NCBI GenBank assembly: GCA_043228905.1
Contig: JBHGNT010000007.1
Span: 7,378,001-7,442,000, forward strand
DNA length: 64,000 nucleotides
From: Azolla caroliniana
Lineage: Eukaryota > Plantae > Polypodiophyta
Reading direction: 5' to 3'
The translations under genes were made by a program, and so were the position numbers. This document shows positions 14,701-27,400 of this stretch, piece by piece. Within the stretch, counting starts at the first letter, position 1. Each line of letters opens with the position of its first letter. The notes beneath the pieces are model-generated. The model was not told the origin of the DNA. It ran no database searches and was given only the letters and a program-made list of their open reading frames with translations.

Positions 14701-16938
14701 TGATGCGGCTGCTTGTTTGCCATACTGGCAATGCTCGCAGAATTGATGGTCGGAGAAGGAGAGTTTAGGGATGTATCCGGCTCTAGATAGATGCGTAATG
14801 CCGGCCTTGCTGAGGTGTCCTAATCTTCTGTGCCATAGTGATGACACAGGAATATCCACCAAAAACAGGTTACCCTCTCTGAGCGTAACATGTAACGGAT
14901 ACAGTGAGTGTATCTTGGGTCCTCTAGCAAGCAGGAGGTTCCCCCTGTGGAGTGTCCACCCTCCCGAAGAAAAACCGGCACGAATGCCGTCTTCATCTAG
15001 TTGTCCGACTGAGATCAATGGCCTTGAGAGCTCGGGTACATGTCGGACATTGTGAAGTACAAGTGTAGAGCCACCTGCAAGGTTGAGCTCTACTGTGCCG
15101 ATTCCAATGATGTCACAGTGTTGCGAGTTACCGACTCAAACTGAGTCGGAGTGACGGATCGTATATTGCCGAAATTGGGATCGATGAGGAGTCACGTGAA
15201 ATGACGCGCCCGAATCTAAGAGCCATGTGCTCGATTCTTCAGTCGTGAGCAGAACTTCTGATCCGACTGGATTTTCGATTGATAGTATATTCGGGTCGTT
15301 TGGTAGCACATCAGCTGAGAAGCTGACGTAATTGATCTCCTCATGCCGGCCACTCTTCTTGTCTGATCTCTGAGACTTGTCGTTCTTGTTCTTGAGTGCG
15401 CGGCAGTCGGCTTTGATGTGTCCGGGTTTCTTGCAATAGTTGCAGATTCGATTATCCCGTGACTGGCTCCGTCTTCGCTGATTGTTCGGCGGCCGTGAGG
15501 AATCTCTTCCTCGTATGTTCGATCGGTCTGTCGAACCTTGTACTACGTAAGCGTCGTCTGTTGAGTCTTTGGCGAAAGACTTTCTCCGAGCTGCTTCGGT
15601 CAGGATTGCGCTCGTGACTTCGGAGTATTTAACATCCGTGGTTGACGCGTTGCACACGGTTGTGACGAAAGTTTCCCATGATGAGGGAAGGTTGCTCATG
15701 AGTATCATTGCTCTGAGTTCATCCTCGATTGCCGTCCCCTGTGACGAGATTTGGGAGCTTATGCTTTCGTACTCATTGAGATGTGCTTGAACCGAATCGG
15801 ATTCTTTCATCCGCAAGTTGTAGAGGCGCCGGATTAGAAACATCTTCGTTGCAGCGACCTTCTTTTCGTAGGTGTCCGACAGTGTTTTCCACAGTTCGAA
15901 TGCTGTCGTACACGATTGCACCGTAAAGTATACCGATTCCGATAGGTGCATCCGAATCGTGGCGCGGACGATTCTGTCCAGCTTCTGCCACTCAATTGGT
16001 TTGTATCCTTCTGGAGGTTCTTCATTTTCGATGGGATCGATTTGCCCCTTGACTATGAGATAGTCCTGCATTTGCTCCTTCCAGAAGTTGAAGTTCGATC
16101 CATTGAACTTTCGTAGACTCATTTCTGACGAGCCGGATGTTGATGCCATCAAATTTGGTTTCGGTTGACGAAGCTCGGTTCGGAGTTGACTACGAACCTT
16201 GTTGGAGTGCAGCCGGTTGGCTCACCCGATATCGTTCTAGTCGGATTTGAACCCGAGTCGGTTCGGCTTCGGATATATGTATTGTTGAACTTGCTCGAAT
16301 TGACTCCGGTAACTTGAGGGACAGAACCGACTGGTCTTCCCGAATGTTGCCGAGTCGGAGTGAGCCCGGTTCGCTTCCGAATATATATGCCAAATACCGA
16401 TTATTGAATCCGATTGTCTGGACCGATTCTGCTTCGGGTGACTGCAGCGACGAGAGAGACGGATCCAACTGATCCTCTCGAATGTCGATCAGCCGGATGA
16501 AGCACGAATTGGGGTTGTTGTCTTGAGACCGATCTGCACCGAGTGGTTACAATGAGCGGCGAGCAGCGTTTGATGACCTCTTCGGATGCCGTTTAACCGA
16601 GTGGAGCTCGATCGTGTCAATGTTGCACAAGGGGATTTCACCTCGAGCGGTTACGATCACAAGAAACAGAGTACAACCGGCTGGCTTACTCCAAGCGAAG
16701 ATGATCTAACGCGATGAGATGCAAGCCTCGTTTTTTTTTCTTCTTCTTCTCTCTTCTTCGAATGACGCAGGAAACCGAATCCTGTGCAGGCTGAGACGAC
16801 GTCCGACAGCGGATTGAAGGACCGAATACTGTGCAGGCTCTGATACCAGATGTTGGAGACAAGGTCGTCTATGCGGAAGATCAAGAAGCATTCGATTCTG
16901 TTCTGTACCTGCGTATGACAGTTTCTAGGTCGTTGCAC

Positions 16939-16985
<47 letters not shown>

Positions 16986-17173
16986 CACAAAACGACTCTT
17001 TCTATTCCATAAAGCAATAATACAACCCCCAACCTTACAAAAAGGTTACAAGGTCACTATATATAGTGACAGACTTAGGGCATCTACCATTTATGCTAAT
17101 TACACAAATGGCCCAAACTTGATCTATACAAAGGGATAGTGTGAATATGTCCATTATACACTTGTATTCGACA
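11619..17173 (-). mobile_element. Ty1/Copia element B, young, nested in the RNase H of A
   Basis: LTRs 11619-11933 and 16851-17173, identical by eye except (GA)n length; TSD CTTTG (11614-11618, 17174-17178); PBS 16837-16848; PPT 11934-11940. Confidence 0.97.
12127..16152 (-). pseudogene. Copia B gag-pol: one reading frame with two nonsense codons
   Basis: The ORF pieces 15136-16152, 13237-15018 and 12127-13107 are in frame; stops at SV*VG (TGA) and GLK*AP (TAG); all Copia domains present. Confidence 0.93.
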
Positions 17174-19019
17174 CTTTGGTGGTTAAGGAGGGACTTTGGC
17201 TACAGTCAATTTTTTCGGAACTCGACATCATCCACATAACCGAATTTTGACTTTGGTGTGATAGCCAATCATGCATCAAGATTTCACGGAATCGTAAAAT
17301 CATTGATCAAAATAAGCATATTCGGGCTCGATATCATTTCTTGTGTGAATTATTTGAAGATGTCGTCTTGCAGATTGGTTATACTCCCACTCTTACCATG
17401 TCGGCTGATTTTTTGACAAAACCAGTCCTTCTCTCAAACACTGGTCATGTTGTCAAAACATTGGCCTCAAGTGTGGTGTTGGTGTTAAGGGGGAGTGTTA
17501 GAAGTTATAATTAACTAATTAGATGTCAGTAAGCAACTACTTAGTTAATTACTAAATATAACCCCACACCCCAAGTTATTATTAGTAAAAGGAAACAATT
17601 TCACATTAGTTGTATTTCAGTTTTCTTATTAGGTTAATTTCAGTTTTTGTATTTCAAAAGCTTACCTCTTTTTTCTTTTCCTCCACTTCCTTTGCTATAT
17701 AAAGAGGAAGCCGGGGAACCTGTTTGGTGTGCTCTGCATCCTTGCATCCTTTAGCCATCTCTCTCAGTTGTATTACCAGCTTGTTTTTGTTAATCGAATT
17801 TCTGATTTGCATTCCAAGTTGTTCCATCATTTGTGTTTGCCATAACCTTGTACCCTTTGTCAAAATCCTAACAGGTCTCCCTCCGACTTCATCCATTCTT
17901 TCTCATCGAATTGTAATTGATCGTCATCAAACTCCTGCAATTTTCCCATTTTGTCAGAATGGGTCTGGGCTAATGCATAGAAGTTGTTAGCTAGATCTTC
18001 CCTAATCATAGTGATATGTTCCTTATCCATTTTGTAGAAACCTGTGCCGGTTTCTGCCGGTTTTCGTAATTGGCCCTGTATGTCTCCAATTTTGCCGCAT
18101 GCACCAACCATGCCTTCCATATTGCTTCCGATCTTTCCTCAATCTTTTTATCCAGTTGTTTTTTGTGGTTTTAAATAATGACTTTTATCCTCGTTACCCT
18201 CATTTCGGCTTTTGCCGAGACTTCTTGCTTTTCTTGCTTGAGCCACTTGATTGTTATTGATGCCGATTGCATTTCCTAATTCTGGATTTGTGAATTATAA
18301 CTCTTCACAATCTCCTCATCGACGGCCTTCCATAATTTCCCTTTTTGGTGCCGGAGTTCTTCCTTGAGTTGTCAGCTCTCTTCAATTAGCCACTCATTGT
18401 CTTCCTTAAGCGGTGGGTTTTCCATATTTATATGAATATTCTCGTCGTTTAACCATTTATTCTTTCTCCATTATTTGATTATAGATCTCCTTGAGCAAGG
18501 TATATCCGTCTCTTAGTCACTCATGTTCTTCCATCTATAGCCGCTTAAGCTCCTCCTGAGCCCATGTTGTGTCATCTTCTTTGCCTTTTTTGTTATGACC
18601 ATTTGTGTTGCCAGCTCTTCTCATAGCCCTTCAATTTGGTTACTTGTCGGCTCCTTATTGCTGGTTGGCACTAGTTTTGTTTCCTTGTCTATTTCTAGAG
18701 TTGTCACGATCGTCCCTTTGTTTGCTTCCGCGCCTTCCCGAGTCCCCCCAATTGGCTCTATTTCAACATGTGCCTCCTCTTGAACATTTCTAGCGGATTC
18801 TCCTTTCTCTACAACAACCTCCTCTTCACCCCTTCCGGCTAGTCTTTGTTAGGCATCCTTTAATCTGTCTTCCAATACCCATATTCAGTTATTGGATTTG
18901 TTGAGGTGTGTGTTCGAGATGTCAATGACAAATCTGGCTATCCGCTATCATAGTGCTGCTACGTAGCACGTTCACGTGACCGAGGGAAGAAAAACCAAGA
19001 AGGAAGACACTACATCAAC

Positions 19020-20140
19020 ATGAACACACAAGTGGGTAGCTCGCTCCCTAGTGAAAAGCTAGACTGGAGCAATTATTCATCTTGGGAGTACAAGATGAAC
19101 CAATACCTAGTCAGCCAAGGGTATTGGAGCTACATCACCGGTGCACTCGAAAACAAACCCAACATCACAAACGCCAACTACCCAACATGGGAGCAATGAG
19201 TGTGTCGGGCAATGTATTGCTTGGCAACATGTGTCCACGACCACATGCTCATTTGAGGCGTCAAGATGCCCTAAGAAGCGTGGGCAAACTTAAAGAAACT
19301 TTTTGTCGCCAACACGACCGCCTGCAAGCTTCAACTCCGACAAGAGTTGAACAAGATACAACAAAAAGATATGCTCGTGTCGGACTACAATGCCAAGATC
19401 AAGAGGATTTGCGACTCGCTTGGCTCCATTAACGTAAACGTCGACGAAGATGAGATGGTTCAAGTATGCTTGGGCGGCCTGGCACATCGGGTCAACCTAA
19501 TAAGGACGACTATCTTTGTGAGAGAAAACCCTCCTTCGTTCTTTGACCTCCAATCAATGTTATTGGTCGAAGAGAACCACGTCTGAACCAAGACCAAGAC
19601 GTCGGAAGGACAAATGTTCTTCTCGAATTTAGATGGTGGCCGAGGACGAGGTTGCAACGGTAAAAGAGGTCGATTTGACCCATCTCACGAAGGGAACTTA
19701 AATCGTTGATAGCAAGACGAGGGAAACCATCGAGGAACCTTTGGAAGAAGGGGGAGCTTCCATGACGAACAAGGTCGGAAAACGTGGCCCATTACATACA
19801 ATTATTGTGGGAAGATAGTCCATCCCGAAAAAAAAAATGAGTCGCCTTCGACAAGCTGACAATTCACAAATTACGCCACCAACTCCGAATACGACGACTA
19901 TGGTGGGTTGTTCGTAATGGGACATAGAGCAAACTCTATTACGACCTCTGACTCCACAAGAACCTCCAACTCAGAAGACATGTGGCTCGTCAACTTCGGC
20001 GCCTCACATCATATGACGTCACACGAAGAGTGGTTTCGTTACCTAAAAATGCCAAATCGACCCGGCTACATAGAGACGGGAGACAACACCACACATCCCA
20101 TTCGGCACATCGGCAACATTCCATTCGGCAACGACGATCA
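19020..20140 (+). mobile_element. Copia gag-protease remnant
   Basis: EKLDWSNYSSWEYKMNQYLVSQGYW and WLVNFGASHHMT; no LTRs; related to the element at 30287-33228. Confidence 0.8.
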
Positions 20141-21490
20141 AAACATCACTAATCCATTCCATCACATCACTAAAGGAACCCATTCCATCACATCATTAAT
20201 CTTCTATCAAATAATATTGGTAATTTTGTCATCAAAGCAACAAAATATTGACACTCGAAATACCATATTATAAAAGCCTCTTTGACTCACATATACATGC
20301 TCAACACAATTAGGCATTATAATCGAATTTAATCATTGCTAAACCCAAGATATTTAGGCAAGTTTAATAGTAAAATACAAAATAACACCACAATCATAAA
20401 GCATATACCCTCATGAACTTAACTCTCTATCACCACCTCCACAATACCCTCTTCTACACACTCGTTATGATCTTTCTTGTTTTGATTGAGAAAATCAAAA
20501 AACAAAGAATTAACAAAATCAAAACTATCAGCATCAAAATCATCACTAGACTAAATCTTCCGTAGTTAAAACAACTTTGATTAAAACACTTTTAAAACAA
20601 CTAATACTTAAAATTGTTGTATACCAAATTACTATATTCACAAAGTCCATGAGCATATTAATTGAACTAGTTAGAAAGGAAGCCAATAATTGACTATTAC
20701 ATGACCTTGAAGCTTAAGCATTGAATTGCTTAAAGGATGCAAATGCTCAACTATTGGATGTGCTCTCTTTTAACATGACTTAGGCCTTTCGCAAAATCTA
20801 TCAAACAATGGAACTATAAGGATGGAATAACCACGTAAATAAATTTTGAATGCCAAATTGTCTCGAAATGCAATAGCAAAGATTTTGAGCATTCAAAAAT
20901 ATGCAATAAAGTAATCACATCTATAAGCTTTTGTGTTTATCGACAAACAACAAAACACAATAGGTACCCAAATACAATATTGGCGAATTCACTCTTGAGT
21001 CTTATGATTTCACTCCCAATTTATCACAATTGATATTTGCAAGACAAAACCAAATAATTTGAACTATTGTATACAATTTAAAAGAGAAGTCTGGACAAGC
21101 TCGGAGATTAAATTTGGTTGTATTCATCATGAATTGCATATATAGCAAGGGAATAAGAAAAGAAGTGAAGTTTATAGATCAACCAAGCATTCTCTAATTG
21201 GATGAAAAATAAACCTACCCTTATTACCTCTTGAAATATCTGACTTACTATCCGACCATACGCACAATGGCACCTCACAAAAAATTTAACTAAAGAAAAA
21301 AGAGAACATATACAGGGTTGTGGGTTGGCCTAGTGATTTGGGCCACTGCTCTACAGCTGGAGTCAATTTCACCCAAACACAGAAGAATTTACAATACCCT
21401 CAAATTGGCAATTCACCAAAGGTAAACCCAGAAGAAAGAAAGAAAACAAAAAGATAAGGAAAAAAGCTACCCACATTAAGGTGTATTGAT

Positions 21491-24400
21491 TCATAAAGCT
21501 CGTGGTGCTGTGTGTGGAGGGATATCAGTGCTCCATATGGCAACCGGAGCTGTAATAGGGCCCATTGGTTCATCACGCATGGGGAAATCTTTGTCCTTGC
21601 TTGTTGGTACAGCGAATTTCATTATATCGGGTACACTGGGGATTATCTTATCCACCATGGGAACACCTTTGTCAGCTCCACCACTGATCCCTTTTTCCGC
21701 CTCGAAGCCCATGCCTTTCCCAGTCCTGGGTGCCACGCCTTCTTCAGCCCTAGCACTGATACCCTTTTCAGTGATATCAACATAGCTCTTTTCAATTTTC
21801 TGTGCAGTTGGGACCCTAGTGGTGATACCTTTTTCAGTCGGATCAACAGCACTTTTTTCATTCTTATGTGCCGTTGAAACCTTGACACTGACACCTTTGC
21901 CACTCAAATCAAAGATGCTTTTTTCGCTTTTATGTGCCATTGGAACCCTAATTTTAATATCAGTATCAGCCTCCCCTTTCCCTTTCTTCACCTGCAACTT
22001 TTCATTCATAGTTTTATTCTTCTTTTCGAGGCTGTTGGGATGGTTTGAGTAGTATTGCTCCTTCATAAATAATCGGTGTTCATGCTCCGAGTTCAGAGTA
22101 GGCTCACATTCAAGAGAAGCTTTGCTTGTTTGCTCCAAGGGAGATTTTTCATGGACAGGTGTACCTGAGGGCAGAACAGCCCGTCCATTTGTATCCACCG
22201 TCTCCATTTTTGGCTTCAACGGAGGGCGCCGTCGTTTCTTCACTTCAGAGATCTATCAACACCATAAGGAAAGCAATGACTTAAATACATAAATTACTAC
22301 CGAGGGAACGTTGCAAGTACCAAATAAGCGAAAAATAGAAACGGAAGCAAAATCTCATAACTACAATGACGAGGTCAAAACCTACATTGCTAGCTTTATT
22401 CAGCCTCTTCTTCCTTTCTTGAGCCCTATGTACAGCTAGTTTAATGCCCAGATTATCCATCCATCCATCTGGCCACAGCTCTGCAAGCTGCCAGAAATGA
22501 AGGCAATTATATAATCGACTATAAACTTCACTCCACATTTTCTTGGTAAAATGGCATACCTCCGCATACAGCTTCCTCAAGTGTGGACCTTTGTTCTCAT
22601 CCATACCCTGTGATTATTAAAGAAGAGAATTAGTGGAAAACAAGAAAACCTAACTTAACAAGTAACTGAATTACATATTAATCTCACCTCGATGTATTGC
22701 TCATATAAGTCACATATTTTATCTTCCGTCGCATGATCCCACTGGTATCGCCCTTCACCAGGCACTTTCTCAGGAGTAGTACCCAATACTTTATCTGCTC
22801 CCTGACGATGTTCCTAAGTAAAAACCACGTTGGATTTTCAATACTGATGTATATAAGGAATTATACACCACATGCACGTAATCCATAATAAAAGAAAATC
22901 AAATGCTCATGTCCATTAGATTAAACCTATTAATACATTAAATAGCCAAGCATGATTACATTATGATAACGATGATATTAATACTCACGGGACTTACATA
23001 AGAGTATGAGAAGTAAAATATATCGTTAATACATGCATAGTACAAAGGATTTTCATAAATGACTACACCAATAAATCATAACCAAAAAAATCAAATGGCA
23101 TGCTCATGTCGATTAGTTTAAACCTATTAATACATTAAATAGCCAAGTAAGATTACATTATGACAATGATGACATATTAATATCCACAGGACCTACAAAG
23201 AATTATACACTACATGCCCATAATCCATAACAAAGAAAATCAAATGATATGCTCATGTTGATTAGTTTAAACCTATTAATATATTAAATAGCCAAGTAAG
23301 ATTACATTATAACAATGATATTAATACCCACGGACCTTCATAAGAGTATTAATTAGTAAAATCTATTAGTAATACATGCATGGTATGACGGTAGAATGAA
23401 TTTAGAGTTCTTAAATAAGTAATATAATTGTACATAAATGAAAGTAATGGCCAGAATTGTTACATTCTAAAGTAGCTCCGAGCTAAACCGCAAGTATAGA
23501 TTGAATCTACCAGAATTGTTACATTCTAAAGTAGCTCCAAGCTAAACCACAAGTATAGATTGAATCTACCTAAATTAATTGAACTAACTATACTACTAAA
23601 CCTAATTCTAAGCATACAGTAGAGAAATTTGGGAGACATATGGGTCTGCTATAGACTACAGAATTAGAGAAATTTATGATAATAATAAATCAGAAAAATA
23701 AATACAGAAACATATAGATATATATGCAACCTGAGATTGAAGGTTATGTACTCTTGATTTAATCATTTCTGTAACCTCCTTTCTGATACCCACTAAGCGT
23801 CCTTCCTTCTCTTGCATTGCACATAGACCCATTTCTATCATGGCTTTTAAATTCCTCTGCATAGATGAGGACAAAGTTACTATATTTGTTTAAAATATGC
23901 TGTATTTATAGGCATGTGGGACATAGGACTCGGATATTAAGGAAGAAAACAAAAGTAAGATGCCGGAAAAAAAAGACTGCAGCATGAAAATAAAAAATAA
24001 AAAAGAAGATGAACACATTTGTAAGGTATGAAGTAAAATATGAACAGTCAGGAAACTAATATGGTTATTAAAACAGAAAATACTTATTGTAGACCAAAAT
24101 TTTAGTGTGATATGGATATAAACCAATAAACTAAGTAAACTAGGCATGAAAACAACAGTTATGAATGATACATTAGATGTGACAAGACATACTATTTCAG
24201 TGTATAACATTATGCTAAAACATGAGTGGAAAATCAGTTCCTATTTGGCATCTATATCTCACATACTAGGTTTCAATAGACCAAGTTCCTTCCCTCATGA
24301 CTATAAATATACTTGTATGAAAATCTCCAATCATCATTGGTGAAATGTAGGTTTTCTTGTTCTGATTTTAGGGCAGCCCCAAGTGATACTGAATAGTTCC

Positions 24401-27400
24401 ATATACATAACACACTATAAGTGTATAGAAACTGAAGGAAACATAAGAATATGCTAATGTTGCAATTACTATCAATTGGCAACAATTGGAAGGAACATTT
24501 AGCAAGAAAACATGGATTCAGAATACCCGATGAATTAAGGAAACCTTTTATGCTAAATATGCATGCATACACCCTAAACCCTACAGGCATACAAGTACCA
24601 AACACATGGTGCTTTATTCACTGTTAAATTTCATCCATTAGGACACGCCCTTTAACAAGCATCAAACACATATGGTGTTTCATTCACTGTTAAATTTCAT
24701 CCATTAGGCCACACCTTTAACAAGCACCAAACACATATGGTACTTCATTTACTGTTAAATTTCAATCATTAGGACACACCTTCAAAGTCTTTACTCGCAT
24801 TACATGGCCCAAAATCCCCATGAGGCGCTCAATTAGCTCATCTGTAATTCTACCTTGTTTGGCCTGATGCAAATATCAAAGGCACCAATAATTAAAAGTT
24901 TTCAACAAATAGCCTAAAAATTCCAAGCCATAAAATCTATACCGCTAGTCTAGCTATTTTAGCAAGCTTCTGCTTTATATCAGGAGGTAAGCGGTTCCTC
25001 TTTCCTTGTTCAGGATCCCGTGCAACAACTGAAGGGGGGCATGCTGCAGTGTTTCATAAACAACATGAAGTATGAAGAATGGATGAAGAGATTCAAACAA
25101 AACAAAATTCTAAATATGCACATTCATCAGCTACCCTCTTCTAAACAAAAAATAAGAATGCAAGAATATTTTTGTTTGCACCCAGCGTAAGATTAGGAAA
25201 TTCAGAAATAAATTAAATTAGCTTAAATTCTCGCATCCAACAACTACACTCTTTGTAGCAAAATATATAATAACACAAGGAAAGGATTCATTTGTAAATA
25301 ACATAGGATTGTGAAGAATATAAGAACTTGTTCAGAATAATAATAAAACGAAACTCATATCCATCAACTACCCCCTTTATAAACAATGTACAAGACTGCA
25401 AGAAGTAAAACAAAAAAAACACTCACATTCAGCTACTCCTTTTTCCAAGTCCAAAAAGGCTCTCTCTAAAACTGTCCCTTTCGCACGTGATGGACTAATA
25501 TCTTTTCCCACACTAGACGGTGACTTCTGTTAGCAGAAAAAACCACACCAAGTCAGAAAACGTAATCCAAAGGGGCAATTTCTGAATACGGGAATTCAAG
25601 AGCAGGTCAGATTACAAAAACACCTTTAAAAGAATGGATGACTCCTTCATATTCTCTTCGATAGCAGGCTTTTGAACAGGTTTTGGCTTCATTGCACTTA
25701 TCCCTGATGACTCTTTGCGCTCCAACATCACAAGAGAATCCCCTTCTGGAGGTTCATTCACATCAAACAGTGTTGCTACTTTCTCATTTGTATTATCTTC
25801 AACAGAGACACCATCTAACATTGATCTATCTCTCTTAAGACCGATCTCTTTTCCTTCTGTTCTCTCTTTCGATGTCTCCCCATGTGTCTTATTATTACGC
25901 TTTTCTGCCTCCTTATAATACGAGGGCTCATGAGAAGCTCTCTCCTCCTTATGCACTGCACCAGGATTAGTGGGAAGGGACATGACACCAGATGATGAAT
26001 AAGCTTTCTTGGCTATGACCGCAGCTTTTGCTCTTGATCCAGTGTTTGGTTTCTTTATTTCTTCTGCATCTACATTATTAAAGCTTGTCTTTTTCCTCTT
26101 CTTTGGTACAGACACAACAGGAGGCGGCAGTTGAGGTCTGTAAATAGTGTTGAAAAAAAGAAAGATTATGATATCTTCTTTCCCCCCTCTCACAAGCTTT
26201 ATTCTTCCCAACTATTAGATTTTAAGATAACTCTAGCTATTATTTGAAGTACATCTTTCCATTATCTCTAGAAATCTAACTCAAAAAGTTCATAGCTCTA
26301 TCTAAATCTTACCATAGAACTTTTCATTTTGATCAAAATCTCACTTTAATAAATCGATGATTAATGCATGCTTCATGTGCAACTGTTCATTTTGATCAGA
26401 ACCTTACTTCAATAGATCAATGATTAATACATGCTTCATGTGCAGCTGTTAACCATTTCAACAGTTAAATACATTTCTGTTGTCTGTCCTCCACAAATTC
26501 CTTTGAGCACATTTGTTCTCTTTTATGTGTTGACTATCAAGGATAAACAAGAAATGTTCACAGTAATTACTGTTGTTCTGACTTTACCCTATTCACATAC
26601 AAACCATCATGCTTTCAGCACATTTGTTTTTCTTTTACATGTGAGAGTATCAAGGCTAGACAAAAAAGGCTCACAGTACTTACTCTTGTTCTAGTTTTCC
26701 CCTATTCAACTAGAAAATGTTGTGTTTTTAGCACATTTGCTTTCTTACTTATGTGCGTTTATCAAGGCTAGAGAAGAAATGTCCACAGTACTTACTCTTG
26801 TTCGAGAGTTCCCCTATTCACATAGAAACCATCATGCTTTAACTTCGCATTCTCCACCGAAAAATAGTCATTCTGCCAAGACCCATTGGATTAGACAAAG
26901 ATAGATGAAGGTTATATATCTTTATAAAACAACCAATGCCCATAAAGGTTTACCAATTCAGAGTCATCAATGAAAGAATCTCTCGTATCATACTTGTCAT
27001 CATCTAAACAATCACTCAATTCATCATCACTATTGCCTCCCTGAAGCAACCAAAAAGACATAATAGTCAGTGATACTAAGGATAAGAATTGAGGTGAAAA
27101 TATGTCTCTATATGACTGACCTGGTACAGCCTCTCGATCTTTTCAATCATTGCGTTAAACCGATTGGGAGGAGGAGGAAGGGGATCACTCTCTTTAACAA
27201 CCTAAAGAAGCACAGAACAAGCTTTCAGGAACTTGAATAAAGAACAAGAAATGAAGTTATCCTATTAGAGAATACAACTGAATGGATTAACAGAAGAGAC
27301 TAAACAGAGAAAAGAAAGAAAGGAAAAAAGGTTAAGGGGATTCTTTCCCCAGAGGATGCCAATGATCCAAGGAAAGTGGTTTAGACCAAACAAAAAAAAA

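Larger units (their letters stand above)
7688..17480 (+). pseudogene. Copia A gag-pol (gag, CCHC, protease, integrase, RT, RNase H), disrupted
   Basis: CKYCKKEGHTEKVC, WYLDTGATHH, LIHTDLCG, DNGGEY, YVDD, WTDADW, TEAEY; frameshifts and stops; RNase H split by element B at 11618/17179. Confidence 0.93.
6563..17873 (+). mobile_element. Ty1/Copia element A (full length, decayed; hosts two insertions)
   Basis: LTRs 6563-6938 and 17496-17873 (TG..CA, roughly ten substitutions); TSD GGTCT (6558-6562, 17874-17878); PBS TGGTATCAGAGC 6939-6950 (tRNA-iMet); PPT AAGGGGGAG 17487-17495. Confidence 0.96.
5490..18900 (-). mobile_element. Truncated LTR retrotransposon: 3' LTR (about 5490-6186) plus a decayed acidic extra ORF, split by Copia A
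   Basis: Minus-strand TGTGGG...GAACA LTR with a TATAAAAA box (about 5845) and a purine tract (AAGAAAGCTGAGGGC) just upstream. The Glu-rich frame joins across the Copia A insertion (…WMKSEGD|QPEKVLISEKED…). No pol seen. Confidence 0.55.

Noticed and set aside
21486-22052. Plus-strand ORFs over the last UBN exon, and the many short ORFs antisense to TE genes
   Set aside because: Shadow frames with no motifs.
25700-25720. Other CTGATGA hits (25705, 28028) as hammerheads
   Set aside because: No stem II/GAAA arrangement; they are antisense to UBN exons.
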